Origin: Pseudomonas phage 201phi2-1
Sequence record: EU197055.1
Direction: 5' to 3' (one strand)
Length of the DNA stretch: 40,000 nt
The translations under genes and the position numbers were made by a program. Positions 8,106 to 17,371 of the stretch are shown here, in pieces. Below the pieces are notes generated by a model. That model saw only the letters and a program-made list of their open reading frames with translations. It was not told the DNA's origin and made no database searches. Numbering within the stretch: position 1 is the stretch's first letter; every line of letters begins with the position of its first letter.

Positions 8106-10253
8106 ATGGAACAAACTAACCTTAAACCGAATCCGTTTTACCAAGATATTTCTGAATACACTCGTGAACTTGAGATCATTGACCCGATGCAACGCGACGC
8201 TGCCTTGTATCTGGCAGCTATGACTGGTGATGACCTAGATAAATGCCTAGCATTCGTACAGGCTGAAACCAGCACTGGCGGACAGTTTGAGCTGACCGAT
8301 CCAAAGACCATGATTCTGGATAAGAACCGTCATGGTGACCGTGAGAAAAAGGTTGTAAAGTTTAGTCAGTACCTTGGACGTATCAAACAACATAAACTGT
8401 TGTTGTCTCCATCGATGACTGTATACATGCCTGAAGATGCTCGTCAGTCCACACACGCTAAATACATTGAAGAAGGCGTAGCTAACCGTAAACGAGTTAA
8501 GAAAGAACAACTCCGGTTAGAAGGTGAAGGTACTGTTGAAGCAACCGAACTTGCCGCTGTCCGAAAGGGTGAACAAGAGAACTTCAAAATTAACAATAAC
8601 TCCTACTCTGGAGCTACCGTTAGTCAGGCCACTATTCTTTATTACAAATCAACTCACTCGAGTTTGACCTCTACTTGCCGTACTGCAACCTCGTATGCCA
8701 ACGCTAACAACGAGAAGTTCATTATGGGTAACCGTCACTACTACGCGCTAGAAGTGACGAAAGCTAATATGCTCAGTATCGCTAACATTACTGACTTGAA
8801 GCTATTGAAAGAATGCATGGACCGTTTCAACATGCATTACCCAACTGCTGACGAAATTGTTGACATGGTTGTTTATTCGACTACTCACTATTTCCCTGCC
8901 GATATGGATCAGATCCGCAAGTTGGCTGAAGGACTGGGTCCATTGAAACGTGCAGCGATTATGTACGTTGGTGATCTGTACCACACCTACAAACATAACC
9001 CTGAGTTGGTTCGTGGATTCTTGACTGAACTAAGTTCGTTGGGTACTCCTGATCAAATCGTTTCGAAAGAGACCTATGGTACTTACGATAGTGACATGCA
9101 ACTATTGGCCAGCTTTATCTGTTTCGAATCTATTAAAGGTCGTAACAATGAAAAGCTCGCTGAGGAATCCCCAGAAGTATTTGATCTGATCTATGCCACG
9201 GGTAACAACATCTCGCAAGTACTGAATAAGTACCTGTTGTTTATCAAGGCACTGTTCCTGACCAAGAACGTACCATCGAGTATCCATGCATTCCCTACAG
9301 CTTATCGTCGAGCAGCCGTGATCTCCGACACAGACTCGACTATGTTCACCATGCAGTACTGGGTTGAGGAATTCTTTGGTCGTATCTGCTTTACTCCTGA
9401 AGCTAAACGGCTAGTGTTCGCATTGGTGTTCTTGGTATCTGAAGTAGTGATGCACATTCTAGCATTGCAGTCTACAGCAATGGGTGTAGCTGAGAAGAAG
9501 CTTCGTTTGCTGGCCATGAAGAACGAATACTACTTTGCCGTACTGAGCCTGACCACACGTTCGAAACATTACTATGCTTCGCAAGATGCATTGGAAGGTG
9601 TAATGTTCAACAAAGCGCGTATGGAGGTTAAGGGTGTAGGTCTTCGAGATTCTAAAGTACCACCTAGAATCAACAAAGCAGCTAAGAAAATGATGGACCA
9701 CATCATCACCCAGATCAAAGCGGAACAACCACTGGATCTACCTGCACTGCTTAAACAGATTGGTGACATTGAGCGTGACATCATCGAGTCGATCTTCAGC
9801 GGTAAAGCTGAATACTTGACTACGGGTAAAGTAAAACAACTGAACGCGTATAAGACTGAGTCTAACGCTACTTACGCTAAGTACAAGTTCTGGAAAGAAG
9901 TCTTTGAACCTTCGTTCGGTTTCTTGGAAGCTCCACCTTATTCGTTTGTTAAGATCTCTGTGACCATTAACAACCGTACTCGTTTTGAGGCATGGGTTGA
10001 TTCCATTGAAGATAAAGGCTTAGCGATGCGTTTGAAGAAATGGGCCTTGGACAACAACAAGAAAGGCATCACAAACTTCCACGTACCAATGTCTGTTGTT
10101 GAGAACCACGGTATTCCAGAAGTAATCACTCGTGTAGCAAACGTGCGCACGGTAATCGCTAACACAATGGGTGCATTCTATTTGCTGATGGAATCCTTGG
10201 GGATCATGTTGATCGATAAGAAGAACACCCGTCTGATTTCAGACTTCTATTAA
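8106..10253 (+). CDS. divergent family B DNA polymerase (fingers/palm portion), 715 aa
   Basis: KINNNSYSG (KxxxNSxYG-like motif B) at 8586-8612; DTDS (motif C) at 9327-9338; downstream MEVKGVGLRDSKVP resembling the KG-lvRRD region of family B polymerases. Confidence 0.65.
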   Translation: MEQTNLKPNPFYQDISEYTRELEIIDPMQRDAALYLAAMTGDDLDKCLAFVQAETSTGGQFELTDPKTMILDKNRHGDREKKVVKFSQYLGRIKQHKLLLSPSMTVYMPEDARQSTHAKYIEEGVANRKRVKKEQLRLEGEGTVEATELAAVRKGEQENFKINNNSYSGATVSQATILYYKSTHSSLTSTCRTATSYANANNEKFIMGNRHYYALEVTKANMLSIANITDLKLLKECMDRFNMHYPTADEIVDMVVYSTTHYFPADMDQIRKLAEGLGPLKRAAIMYVGDLYHTYKHNPELVRGFLTELSSLGTPDQIVSKETYGTYDSDMQLLASFICFESIKGRNNEKLAEESPEVFDLIYATGNNISQVLNKYLLFIKALFLTKNVPSSIHAFPTAYRRAAVISDTDSTMFTMQYWVEEFFGRICFTPEAKRLVFALVFLVSEVVMHILALQSTAMGVAEKKLRLLAMKNEYYFAVLSLTTRSKHYYASQDALEGVMFNKARMEVKGVGLRDSKVPPRINKAAKKMMDHIITQIKAEQPLDLPALLKQIGDIERDIIESIFSGKAEYLTTGKVKQLNAYKTESNATYAKYKFWKEVFEPSFGFLEAPPYSFVKISVTINNRTRFEAWVDSIEDKGLAMRLKKWALDNNKKGITNFHVPMSVVENHGIPEVITRVANVRTVIANTMGAFYLLMESLGIMLIDKKNTRLISDFY

Positions 10254-10272
10254 TTTAAGTCGAGGTACTATT

Positions 10273-10650
10273 ATGTCATACGAAGAAGAACTAGACCTTA
10301 AGATCGCTAAGTATTGCGATCCATACTACACGTTTGATTACATTACCCGTGATGAGATCGAACTGCTTAAGATCAAAGTAAAGAGCTATTTCCTGAATAA
10401 TAAGCAAGACCTTTTAGACATCCGTGTTGTAGGTAAGGTAAATGACTACCTAGCCGAATGCACGATTAGTCCATCTTACAGCAGTACTGCATTTAAGGTG
10501 ACCGAGCTAGATGGTAAGTTTACGGTAAACGTAACTATCGACCCGCATGATCCAGATCCAGAGACTACCTTAAACTTCATCGCCAGTGAATTCAATCGAA
10601 TGCAGCCAGACGTTGAAATCAAAGTGGTGCCCGCCGATGAAGACATTTGA
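10273..10650 (+). CDS. hypothetical protein, 125 aa
   Basis: ORF just downstream of the polymerase gene. Confidence 0.8.
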   Translation: MSYEEELDLKIAKYCDPYYTFDYITRDEIELLKIKVKSYFLNNKQDLLDIRVVGKVNDYLAECTISPSYSSTAFKVTELDGKFTVNVTIDPHDPDPETTLNFIASEFNRMQPDVEIKVVPADEDI

Positions 10651-10849
10651 AGAACAAATCAATGATCTGATTGAAGGCATCAAGATCGGCTATGGCAGTG
10701 ATGATACCCATTGGGGTTCTATTGAGGCCACTGTAAGAGTTTTGGAATTCGTTCGTACATTGGGACCTGACCTAGTTGGCCTGAGTGAAGAAGATTTCGA
10801 AGGTTTAATACTAAAAGCAATTAAGGGTGATATCAATGAAAACCTTTGA
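10637..10849 (+). CDS. small acidic protein, paralogue of the next gene
   Basis: MKTFEEQINDLIEGIKIGYG...EATVRVLEFVRTLG...; starts inside the previous ORF end. Confidence 0.7.
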   Translation: MKTFEEQINDLIEGIKIGYGSDDTHWGSIEATVRVLEFVRTLGPDLVGLSEEDFEGLILKAIKGDINENL

Positions 10850-11027
10850 AGAAGATATCGACAAACTATGTGACCAGCTTGACGACTGTATCAGTGGTGT
10901 GGGTATTAACATGGAGGCGATCGCCAAAACCGTTCGTCTCCTAGAATACCTACGTAATGAAGCCGTTAACCTCGAGTACACATCTGAAGCAAACATCCAA
11001 GCTTTGCTTCATGAGGTCATCAGTTAA
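10836..11027 (+). CDS. small acidic protein, paralogue of the previous gene
   Basis: MKTFEEDIDKLCDQLDDCISG...IAKTVRLLEYLRNEA... Confidence 0.7.
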   Translation: MKTFEEDIDKLCDQLDDCISGVGINMEAIAKTVRLLEYLRNEAVNLEYTSEANIQALLHEVIS

Positions 11028-11083
11028 TAGAATCGGTTTCAAGTTTATATCATGATTGGGATATCAACCAAAGGTACCCAATC

Positions 11084-11299
11084 ATGATTACTGTAATGTT
11101 TAAGCTGCCTGATGGTCCACCGACTACTGTGGTTGTAGCTGATCACGATGATCTGTTGGAACTGTGCCATGTACTCGAAGATGCACATGTAGTACAGTCG
11201 TACACCATCAGTGAACCGCAGCGAGTTATACACACCGTTGAAGTATATGGCTGGCGAGACCACAGTTTCCCTAAATTCAAATACGAACTGGAATTCTGA
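11084..11299 (+). CDS. hypothetical protein, 71 aa
   Basis: ORF whose ATG lies in a 12-bp hairpin; alternative ATG at 11096. Confidence 0.65.
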   Translation: MITVMFKLPDGPPTTVVVADHDDLLELCHVLEDAHVVQSYTISEPQRVIHTVEVYGWRDHSFPKFKYELEF

Positions 11300-11301
11300 A
11301 C

Positions 11302-13086
11302 ATGAGTACCGTAATCCCGAAAGATCTAACTGGACTTGTAAAGCATCCAACTAAACTAGATTGTTGGATTCCAGGTGAAGCCAGAAACGGTAAAAATCTC
11401 TGTATGGAAATTCCACTCGGTAAGAATATGGAATGCACTCTAGGTAAACCGGATCTTTCCAAGCTGACTCATAACCACCTGACCCAGATCCAGATGGAAC
11501 TCTGGAACAATCGTGGTGGTGGTCCAGAAGGTAAGATCATTAACTCGTTCTACGCAGGGGCCACTCCTGAGCAACTGATGTCGAGTGAAGAAGTACAGGA
11601 CCATACTGATGATCTCATCCATTATCTGGGTGATGCAAAGAGGGCGTCCGATTACATCGACCAACTCTTGCGTGATGTACGACACCACATCGTCGAAAAA
11701 GACATCATGCCTTACGAGATGCCAGCTAACAATAAGTCGACCATGGAAGTATTCAATGAGATTTCGCTGGATTGGAAAACTCAGATCTATAACAATGTAG
11801 TCAAACGCTTCGGTGGTGAACCTTCGACTTACCTTCAGGGTATCACGAAAGACACCAATCTCCCAGAGATGGCGGTTGAAGAGTTTGCCAACGTCGTTAT
11901 AAAAGAACATGACAACGACCCAAAGGTAGCTGCTGAGATACTGAAGGCGGCTATCACAGAACACATTACGATGATGTCGTCTGTAATGATTAATAACGCA
12001 CTTAAAGAAAAAGGTCTGATGGGCCAAATCACCAAGGTAACGGATAACATGATCGAACAAGTAAACGCTAAAACTGAACTTAACGAACAAATCAAAGCAA
12101 CTCTGGATGATATCAGTCAGGTTACTATTGACTCCACTAAACATAAAGAAGTGGCTCCAACCGAAGATCAATTCCATAACCCTAAGCACGTCAAGTTCGA
12201 CGACAAGGGTAACGTGATTCGTAAGAAGAAAGGTAAGCGTAAATCCCAACACATCCCTAACATGAAAAACAAATCTGTTAAGCGTGCTCTGGGTGCTTCG
12301 ATCCTTCACATGCTAGGCGATGTTCAACGTAAGACTCAGGATGCCAACAAGCGTGAACTGCTGAAAGCTCTGCCATTGGCTGACGTAGTTGAAATGGCAA
12401 CTGGCGATAAGCTGCCAGATTACCAAGCCAACCTGCTGAACGCTATGCAGGCTAAGGCTGATCCAACTGCTCCGATCGTTGAACGCATGGCCAAAACCAG
12501 CGAACCTGATCCATACGAAAAGCTCCTTGATGAAACCGTCTCTAAGTATATCTCACGAGATCTACTACCTGCTGAAATCAGTGACGAACAAGCTATTGAA
12601 ATAATCGCTTCCGTTAAAAAATCATTCCTAGATAATCATAAATTGCCAACTCCTGAAAGTATCTGGATTGCCGATGGTATTGTGCATAGCGATTTCAGTA
12701 AAGGTACCGATTATATTCCAGTTAGTGTTGACTTCACTGGTGAAAAGGTACGCGATCTATACGTGAATGTTGAAGATCAAAAGTACTTCTTGCATTACGA
12801 GTGGTTCACTGAATACGCAGCTGACCATATGGGTACCACTATCGCATTCATTCAAGATCGATTGGATGTTAAATATTGGGATGGCCTAAAGGCCGCGGTT
12901 ATCGAATCGGTAACTGACCTTTACCCTAGCTGGAAAGCTGAGTTTACTAACGAAGAAATCCATTCCCTGATCTATAAAGTCGTTACCGGCTACACCGTAG
13001 GTTTTGTTCAAGGTCTGGTTGATACCGAGCATAAACTGCGTGCCAGCATTAATGCAGAAACTGTAACTGCTGCTGATCTCGGCTAA
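11302..13086 (+). CDS. hypothetical protein, 594 aa
   Basis: Long + strand ORF ended by a terminator hairpin. Confidence 0.9.
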   Translation: MSTVIPKDLTGLVKHPTKLDCWIPGEARNGKNLCMEIPLGKNMECTLGKPDLSKLTHNHLTQIQMELWNNRGGGPEGKIINSFYAGATPEQLMSSEEVQDHTDDLIHYLGDAKRASDYIDQLLRDVRHHIVEKDIMPYEMPANNKSTMEVFNEISLDWKTQIYNNVVKRFGGEPSTYLQGITKDTNLPEMAVEEFANVVIKEHDNDPKVAAEILKAAITEHITMMSSVMINNALKEKGLMGQITKVTDNMIEQVNAKTELNEQIKATLDDISQVTIDSTKHKEVAPTEDQFHNPKHVKFDDKGNVIRKKKGKRKSQHIPNMKNKSVKRALGASILHMLGDVQRKTQDANKRELLKALPLADVVEMATGDKLPDYQANLLNAMQAKADPTAPIVERMAKTSEPDPYEKLLDETVSKYISRDLLPAEISDEQAIEIIASVKKSFLDNHKLPTPESIWIADGIVHSDFSKGTDYIPVSVDFTGEKVRDLYVNVEDQKYFLHYEWFTEYAADHMGTTIAFIQDRLDVKYWDGLKAAVIESVTDLYPSWKAEFTNEEIHSLIYKVVTGYTVGFVQGLVDTEHKLRASINAETVTAADLG

Positions 13087-13090
13087 TTAT

Positions 13091-13115
13091 AGTCCCCTCC
13101 TTCGGGAGGGGCTTT
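13091..13115 (+). terminator. rho-independent terminator
   Basis: AGTCCCCTCC-TTCG-GGAGGGGCTTTATT. Confidence 0.85.
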
Positions 13116-13133
13116 ATTCCGCAAAGGTGTCCT

Positions 13134-13574
13134 ATGGAACAACGTTCAATTCGCAGCCTTATCGCTAACCTGAAGCGTCACTATAACCTGATGGGTGAAG
13201 AGATCCTTGCCTGTTACGACACAGCTGTAAATGGCTTGTGGAGTCTTACAGAGGTTAAGTATCCGACCGTTTCGGTAAGTCCATCTAACTGGAAGAAGCT
13301 TGCTGATAAACTGGATCTCGATGCACAGGTAAAACATCCGGGTAGTAACGTACCATGCCTGTTGTTGTTTAACGGGCTCTACGTTCGGTCAGAAGCCCGT
13401 GTAGCCGATTGCCATGTACTCTGGGTATCGACTCTGGGTTGTTATTGCCCGACCTCTCAGTACCTTGTGGACAGTATGCAACGAGTGGTAATGTCATCTA
13501 AGTCTACCAAGAAACAAATCGAGTATGCCAACAGGGTGCTCAATGCGATTAACAAACGTTTGGAGAAAGTATGA
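13134..13574 (+). CDS. hypothetical protein, 146 aa
   Basis: ORF after the terminator. Confidence 0.8.
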   Translation: MEQRSIRSLIANLKRHYNLMGEEILACYDTAVNGLWSLTEVKYPTVSVSPSNWKKLADKLDLDAQVKHPGSNVPCLLLFNGLYVRSEARVADCHVLWVSTLGCYCPTSQYLVDSMQRVVMSSKSTKKQIEYANRVLNAINKRLEKV

Positions 13575-13873
13575 CACAGTTATCTATCTGGCGTCTTAGT
13601 CTCAAGTCTTTGGTGAATGGTGGAAGGCGTGGTGGTATACACGTGATCGTCGTGGTCGCTGAAAATGAAGCAGTGGCACGTACCCTGGCTTCGGAGTGCT
13701 CCACGAGTGACCACGGTCATCATCAGATACTCCAACAATACCTCGATCCAGCGAAGACCCACTGTAAGTTAATCGGCTACGCTTTACCTGAATCAGCTGA
13801 AGGTGTGATGGCAGTCGATTACGACTATGATTATGACCACGTTAAATACACATGGGTGAAGGATGATAATTAA
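13571..13873 (+). CDS. hypothetical protein, 100 aa
   Basis: ORF overlapping the previous stop (ATGA). Confidence 0.7.
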   Translation: MTQLSIWRLSLKSLVNGGRRGGIHVIVVVAENEAVARTLASECSTSDHGHHQILQQYLDPAKTHCKLIGYALPESAEGVMAVDYDYDYDHVKYTWVKDDN

Positions 13874-14064
13874 TGACTAAACCATTTTGTGAGTTCCTAC
13901 AGGAAGCTACCAACCAACGTAAAACAGCTAAGGCTATTATTAAGGATACAATCACTCCAGAAGAACTCGATGCGATCCAGCGTCGCGCTAACTTCGAACA
14001 AACATACATGGTTAACATTAACTACGGTCGTATGGGGAGTAAAGACAATGCACCTGCACGCTAA
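13873..14064 (+). CDS. hypothetical protein, 63 aa
   Basis: ORF starting at the previous stop (TAATG). Confidence 0.65.
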   Translation: MTKPFCEFLQEATNQRKTAKAIIKDTITPEELDAIQRRANFEQTYMVNINYGRMGSKDNAPAR

Positions 14065-14218
14065 CGAGCTGAATACCATTCGTGGTAACCTACGTGACTT
14101 CGTTGTCCGTAATAAAATCACATTCATTCTACCTAAGGCGACACCTCTACCTGAGGGTGAAACTAACAGCGCGAAGATTCGTGTGATTGATTACATCAGC
14201 TTACTGGATAAACGCTAA
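14048..14218 (+). CDS. hypothetical protein, 56 aa
   Basis: ATG at 14048 within ORF 13889-14218: MHLHANELNTIRGNLRDFVVRNK...; upstream part of the ORF does not look coding. Confidence 0.6.
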   Translation: MHLHANELNTIRGNLRDFVVRNKITFILPKATPLPEGETNSAKIRVIDYISLLDKR

Positions 14219-14583
14219 TGTGGAATAAACCTCTGGAAGTTTCGGATCAACCTAAACCAGAACCGGCTCCTTATACTCCTCCAGAACGTAAGGTATTAAA
14301 GCCGGAAGATACATCGATCACCTTTATTCGTAATGAACGCAAGGATATCGACTACTCCGGGTACCGTGCGTATCTGTTCCACTTCGCTCATCGTACCGAG
14401 GTAGGTGATAAAGAAATTTATCACGCTATTATCTCAGCAGCTACTATGGATGAAGCTATTGCTATCTTCGTAGCTGACTGCGTACGTGACGAAGAGTCTT
14501 ATGTTGACGCCATCTACGAAGTTGAAATTATCGGTATCGATCTCAAAACAGATCGTGATTCCCATTGGGTAATGGAGGTTTAA
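14218..14583 (+). CDS. small acidic protein of an in-window paralogous family
   Basis: Contains ...IYEVEIIGIDLKTDRDS... Confidence 0.75.
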   Translation: MWNKPLEVSDQPKPEPAPYTPPERKVLKPEDTSITFIRNERKDIDYSGYRAYLFHFAHRTEVGDKEIYHAIISAATMDEAIAIFVADCVRDEESYVDAIYEVEIIGIDLKTDRDSHWVMEV

Positions 14584-14933
14584 TGAACATCGTAATGACC
14601 TGTGAAAAAGAATTCCATCCAGGTGTAATGATCGACCGTCAAGTCGAGTTGGATGAAACCCTTAAGGTCGTGGGCGCTGGCGGCAACTATATCTGGCAAG
14701 TTGAAGCCGATCTGATTGACGACAGTGAATACGATAACGGTTTCCAATACGACACGTACGTCGGCTTCGTTATTGCGGCCCCTGATCCTGCTACCGTTTG
14801 GAAGCTTATGTCGGAGCGGACTAACTTGGGTGATTGCGATTATGACAATTACAAATGGAAAATGCGTGTAATCGGTATTGACATTACTGGTGATGGTAAA
14901 CGTATCATCCAATCGGATCGTAAGGTGGGGTAA
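14583..14933 (+). CDS. small acidic protein of the same family
   Basis: MNIVMTCEKEFHPG...KWKMRVIGIDITGDGK... Confidence 0.75.
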   Translation: MNIVMTCEKEFHPGVMIDRQVELDETLKVVGAGGNYIWQVEADLIDDSEYDNGFQYDTYVGFVIAAPDPATVWKLMSERTNLGDCDYDNYKWKMRVIGIDITGDGKRIIQSDRKVG

Positions 14934-14936
14934 GTT

Positions 14937-15110
14937 ATGAGCAGTGAAGTACAGGGTAGTTTGTGGGAGATCTATCAGGATATCGGTCGTAGCGACGCTA
15001 GCAAAGAAATGACCGATACTCAAAAAGTACAGTTGGTTAAAGATCTTCGTGATACTGCGGATAAACTGGAAGCTAGCATATTGAAGGACAAAGGGGAAAA
15101 TCATGGATAA
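14937..15110 (+). CDS. 57-aa ORF, not in the supplied track
   Basis: MSSEVQGSLWEIYQDIGRSDASKEMTDTQKVQLVKDLRDTADKLEASILKDKGENHG*, filling the gap and overlapping the next start. Confidence 0.6.
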   Translation: MSSEVQGSLWEIYQDIGRSDASKEMTDTQKVQLVKDLRDTADKLEASILKDKGENHG

Positions 15111-15438
15111 TGAATACATGATTCGTGGCGGGGATATGGTCCACATTAGTCAAGTTGGATCGACCCCGTCATTTAATAAAGACGGCCTCTCAATGCTTTG
15201 GCACATTAAAAACGTTGAGCCTTCTACCGATGAATATGATGACGATTATGGTTTTGTACCAACTGGTCGTGATAAAGTTTTCATTGTATCGGCAGAGACG
15301 TATAATGCAGCTGTCCAACTACATTTGAGTAATATGGGTATGGAACATCATGAATACGCTGGTAGTCAGTGGACCATTGAATACATTGGTATTGATCAAC
15401 GCGATGATCAAACCAGTAAGTTCATTCTCTGTGCATGA
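15103..15438 (+). CDS. small acidic protein of the same family
   Basis: Contains ...QWTIEYIGIDQRDDQT... Confidence 0.75.
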   Translation: MDNEYMIRGGDMVHISQVGSTPSFNKDGLSMLWHIKNVEPSTDEYDDDYGFVPTGRDKVFIVSAETYNAAVQLHLSNMGMEHHEYAGSQWTIEYIGIDQRDDQTSKFILCA

Positions 15439-15461
15439 CTAATTAACCATTGGAGAAACAA

Positions 15462-15764
15462 ATGTCCCACAATGAGTTGAGCGAAATTACCTATCAGGGT
15501 AACACTTACACTCTGATCGATAATACTGAATTCGGTCCAAATGAAACGGCGAACAGTATTTATCACTTCATTAACTGTGCTGAACCGCGTATTATTGACG
15601 CCAGTTGTGTCCACGAAGTTATGGTTTCGGCTGAGTCGTTTGCTGCCGCGATCGAAGAGTTCCATCATACCTACCGTGTACAACACGGCGTGCCCCACAC
15701 CGTCGAGTATATTGGTAATGACCTCAGAGCAAAGACGGCTGACCCACATTTGATCAGCAAATAA
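15462..15764 (+). CDS. small acidic protein of the same family
   Basis: ORF 15450-15764 containing ...PHTVEYIGNDLRAKTADP... Confidence 0.75.
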   Translation: MSHNELSEITYQGNTYTLIDNTEFGPNETANSIYHFINCAEPRIIDASCVHEVMVSAESFAAAIEEFHHTYRVQHGVPHTVEYIGNDLRAKTADPHLISK

Positions 15765-15777
15765 AAAACGACATATT

Positions 15778-15797
15778 GCCCCTCCTTACGGAGGGGC
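15778..15797. terminator. bidirectional terminator
   Basis: GCCCCTCC-TTAC-GGAGGGGC with A-rich left flank and T-rich right flank; between convergent genes. Confidence 0.85.
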
Positions 15798-15803
15798 TTT
15801 ATT

Positions 15804-16895
15804 TCAATTCTTTTTTGACTTAATGTCATCGATCAACTCGGCGATTTGTTTACGGAATATCTTAACAAATTCAGTGTTACCCATTTGATTAAAGATCTGA
15901 TCGTTAGAACCCTCAATCAAGTCAATCATTACAGCGTTGATCTGCGATGCATCATAACCATGGTTACGCATTACCATTCGCACCAAGTACCTTACGTATG
16001 GTAACCGTGCCATGGTCATAGCCCATTGGTTCTGATACGTTACTGGCTCACGTGGTAATTTGATTACCTCAAAGAGATTAGGTTTAACAATCATTGGCGT
16101 GATTGCAGCTAACCCTTCAACTTCAATACCTTTAAGTAATGCCTCAAAATTAATCGATTCCTCGATACGCTTGAGCTTCTCAGAAAGATCCGTAATGTAG
16201 AAAGGATGTGGTGATGGGAAAGGTGTATTAGGTATACCTTGCGATTGTCTATCCAACCGATTAAAGAAAGCAATGTCTAAAAAGCTTTCAATCATACTCG
16301 GTAACAGAATACTACCCACAAAGCGATAAGCATTCTCAAACTGCATTACACCTTGGGTAGCTTGCCATCTCAACCAGTAACGGTATTGAACCATCAACAT
16401 AGGAATGTTAATACTCAGTACACCAAAGGCACGTCCCGGTGTAGTGTTGTTCATGATCGGCAACATCATGTCTGTGCGGGTGTGGTATAGATAGCGAACG
16501 GGCTTCAAAGTACGCCATACCTTACCTAACCCTTCCATCTTAAACTTTTCATAGCTAGCTACAGCGATCTCTTCAGCCTGTGGCCCTAGAGTAATGCCCT
16601 TGGAATAGATCGTTCCTTTATTAATAGGTGAAACGATTCCCAGTCGTGGGATTACACCTTTAGCCCAACGTTCAACTAAGTTAGCCCACTCAGCATCATC
16701 CAACCTTTCAGTGATTTCAAATTGCTGAATGATCGTAGCAAATAGATTATTCGAGGCTACGTACTTAGGTGCTTTACGATAATAGTTTTGGACATCGTTT
16801 ATAAGTCCGGCATACTGACGACGGATATAACCAAGACCAGGGTCTACTGTCTGACCCAACTTCCGATTTGGTGCATCCCGGAATAGTGCATACAT
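15804..16895 (-). CDS. hypothetical protein, 363 aa
   Basis: Long minus-strand ORF ending at a bidirectional terminator. Confidence 0.85.
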   Translation of the reverse strand: MYALFRDAPNRKLGQTVDPGLGYIRRQYAGLINDVQNYYRKAPKYVASNNLFATIIQQFEITERLDDAEWANLVERWAKGVIPRLGIVSPINKGTIYSKGITLGPQAEEIAVASYEKFKMEGLGKVWRTLKPVRYLYHTRTDMMLPIMNNTTPGRAFGVLSINIPMLMVQYRYWLRWQATQGVMQFENAYRFVGSILLPSMIESFLDIAFFNRLDRQSQGIPNTPFPSPHPFYITDLSEKLKRIEESINFEALLKGIEVEGLAAITPMIVKPNLFEVIKLPREPVTYQNQWAMTMARLPYVRYLVRMVMRNHGYDASQINAVMIDLIEGSNDQIFNQMGNTEFVKIFRKQIAELIDDIKSKKN

Positions 16896-16971
16896 TATTC
16901 TAGTTCCTGTTATTAGTGAAGCAACATACTGTACGATGCTGAGTATATAACATTGTAGGTCAATAGATTTT

Positions 16972-16996
16972 ATTTGAGATTTATATTACTAATGTG
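16972..16996 (+). promoter_or_regulatory. early-type promoter motif
   Basis: ATTTGAGATTTATATTACT-AAT-GTG; identical 19-mer at three sites in the window. Confidence 0.75.
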
Positions 16997-17018
16997 TAAA
17001 TTAACCAAGGTATCTGAC

Positions 17019-17195
17019 ATGTCCGTATACTTGATAATAAAGAAGAACAACCCACATTGCTTGTTCAACCCTTTAAATATCCATGACCCTAATATCAATG
17101 GGCAACTGTGGTACGACTGTGTAACACGGTTAGCAGATCGGCTTAATAAACATGCCTCCATGACCCAGATCATTGTAACCAAGCGAGTAAAGTAA
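17019..17195 (+). CDS. hypothetical protein, 58 aa
   Basis: ATG 17019 (MSVYLIIKKNNPHC...) inside ORF 16974-17195; first gene after the promoter motif. Confidence 0.65.
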   Translation: MSVYLIIKKNNPHCLFNPLNIHDPNINGQLWYDCVTRLADRLNKHASMTQIIVTKRVK

Positions 17196-17197
17196 AA

Positions 17198-17371
17198 ATG
17201 GAACCCCTTCTTAGTATCACCCGTAAAGCAGCTAACGCCAAGATCACCAGTGAGTTCCTGATGCGTGGGAATAACATTGGATTGTTCCGCAACAGCTATG
17301 CTCGACTACAACGTAAAATCCGCGAGGGTTCTAATATTGTTGCCATCTACGTCAATAGGAAAACAGCTTAA
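17198..17371 (+). CDS. 57-aa basic protein, not in the supplied track
   Basis: MEPLLSITRKAANAKITSEFLMRGNNIGLFRNSYARLQRKIREGSNIVAIYVNRKTA*; stop overlaps the next ATG. Confidence 0.6.
   Translation: MEPLLSITRKAANAKITSEFLMRGNNIGLFRNSYARLQRKIREGSNIVAIYVNRKTA

Noticed and set aside
11440-12309. 289-aa minus-strand ORF
   Set aside because: Fully antisense to the 594-aa + gene; no promoter or terminator fits it.
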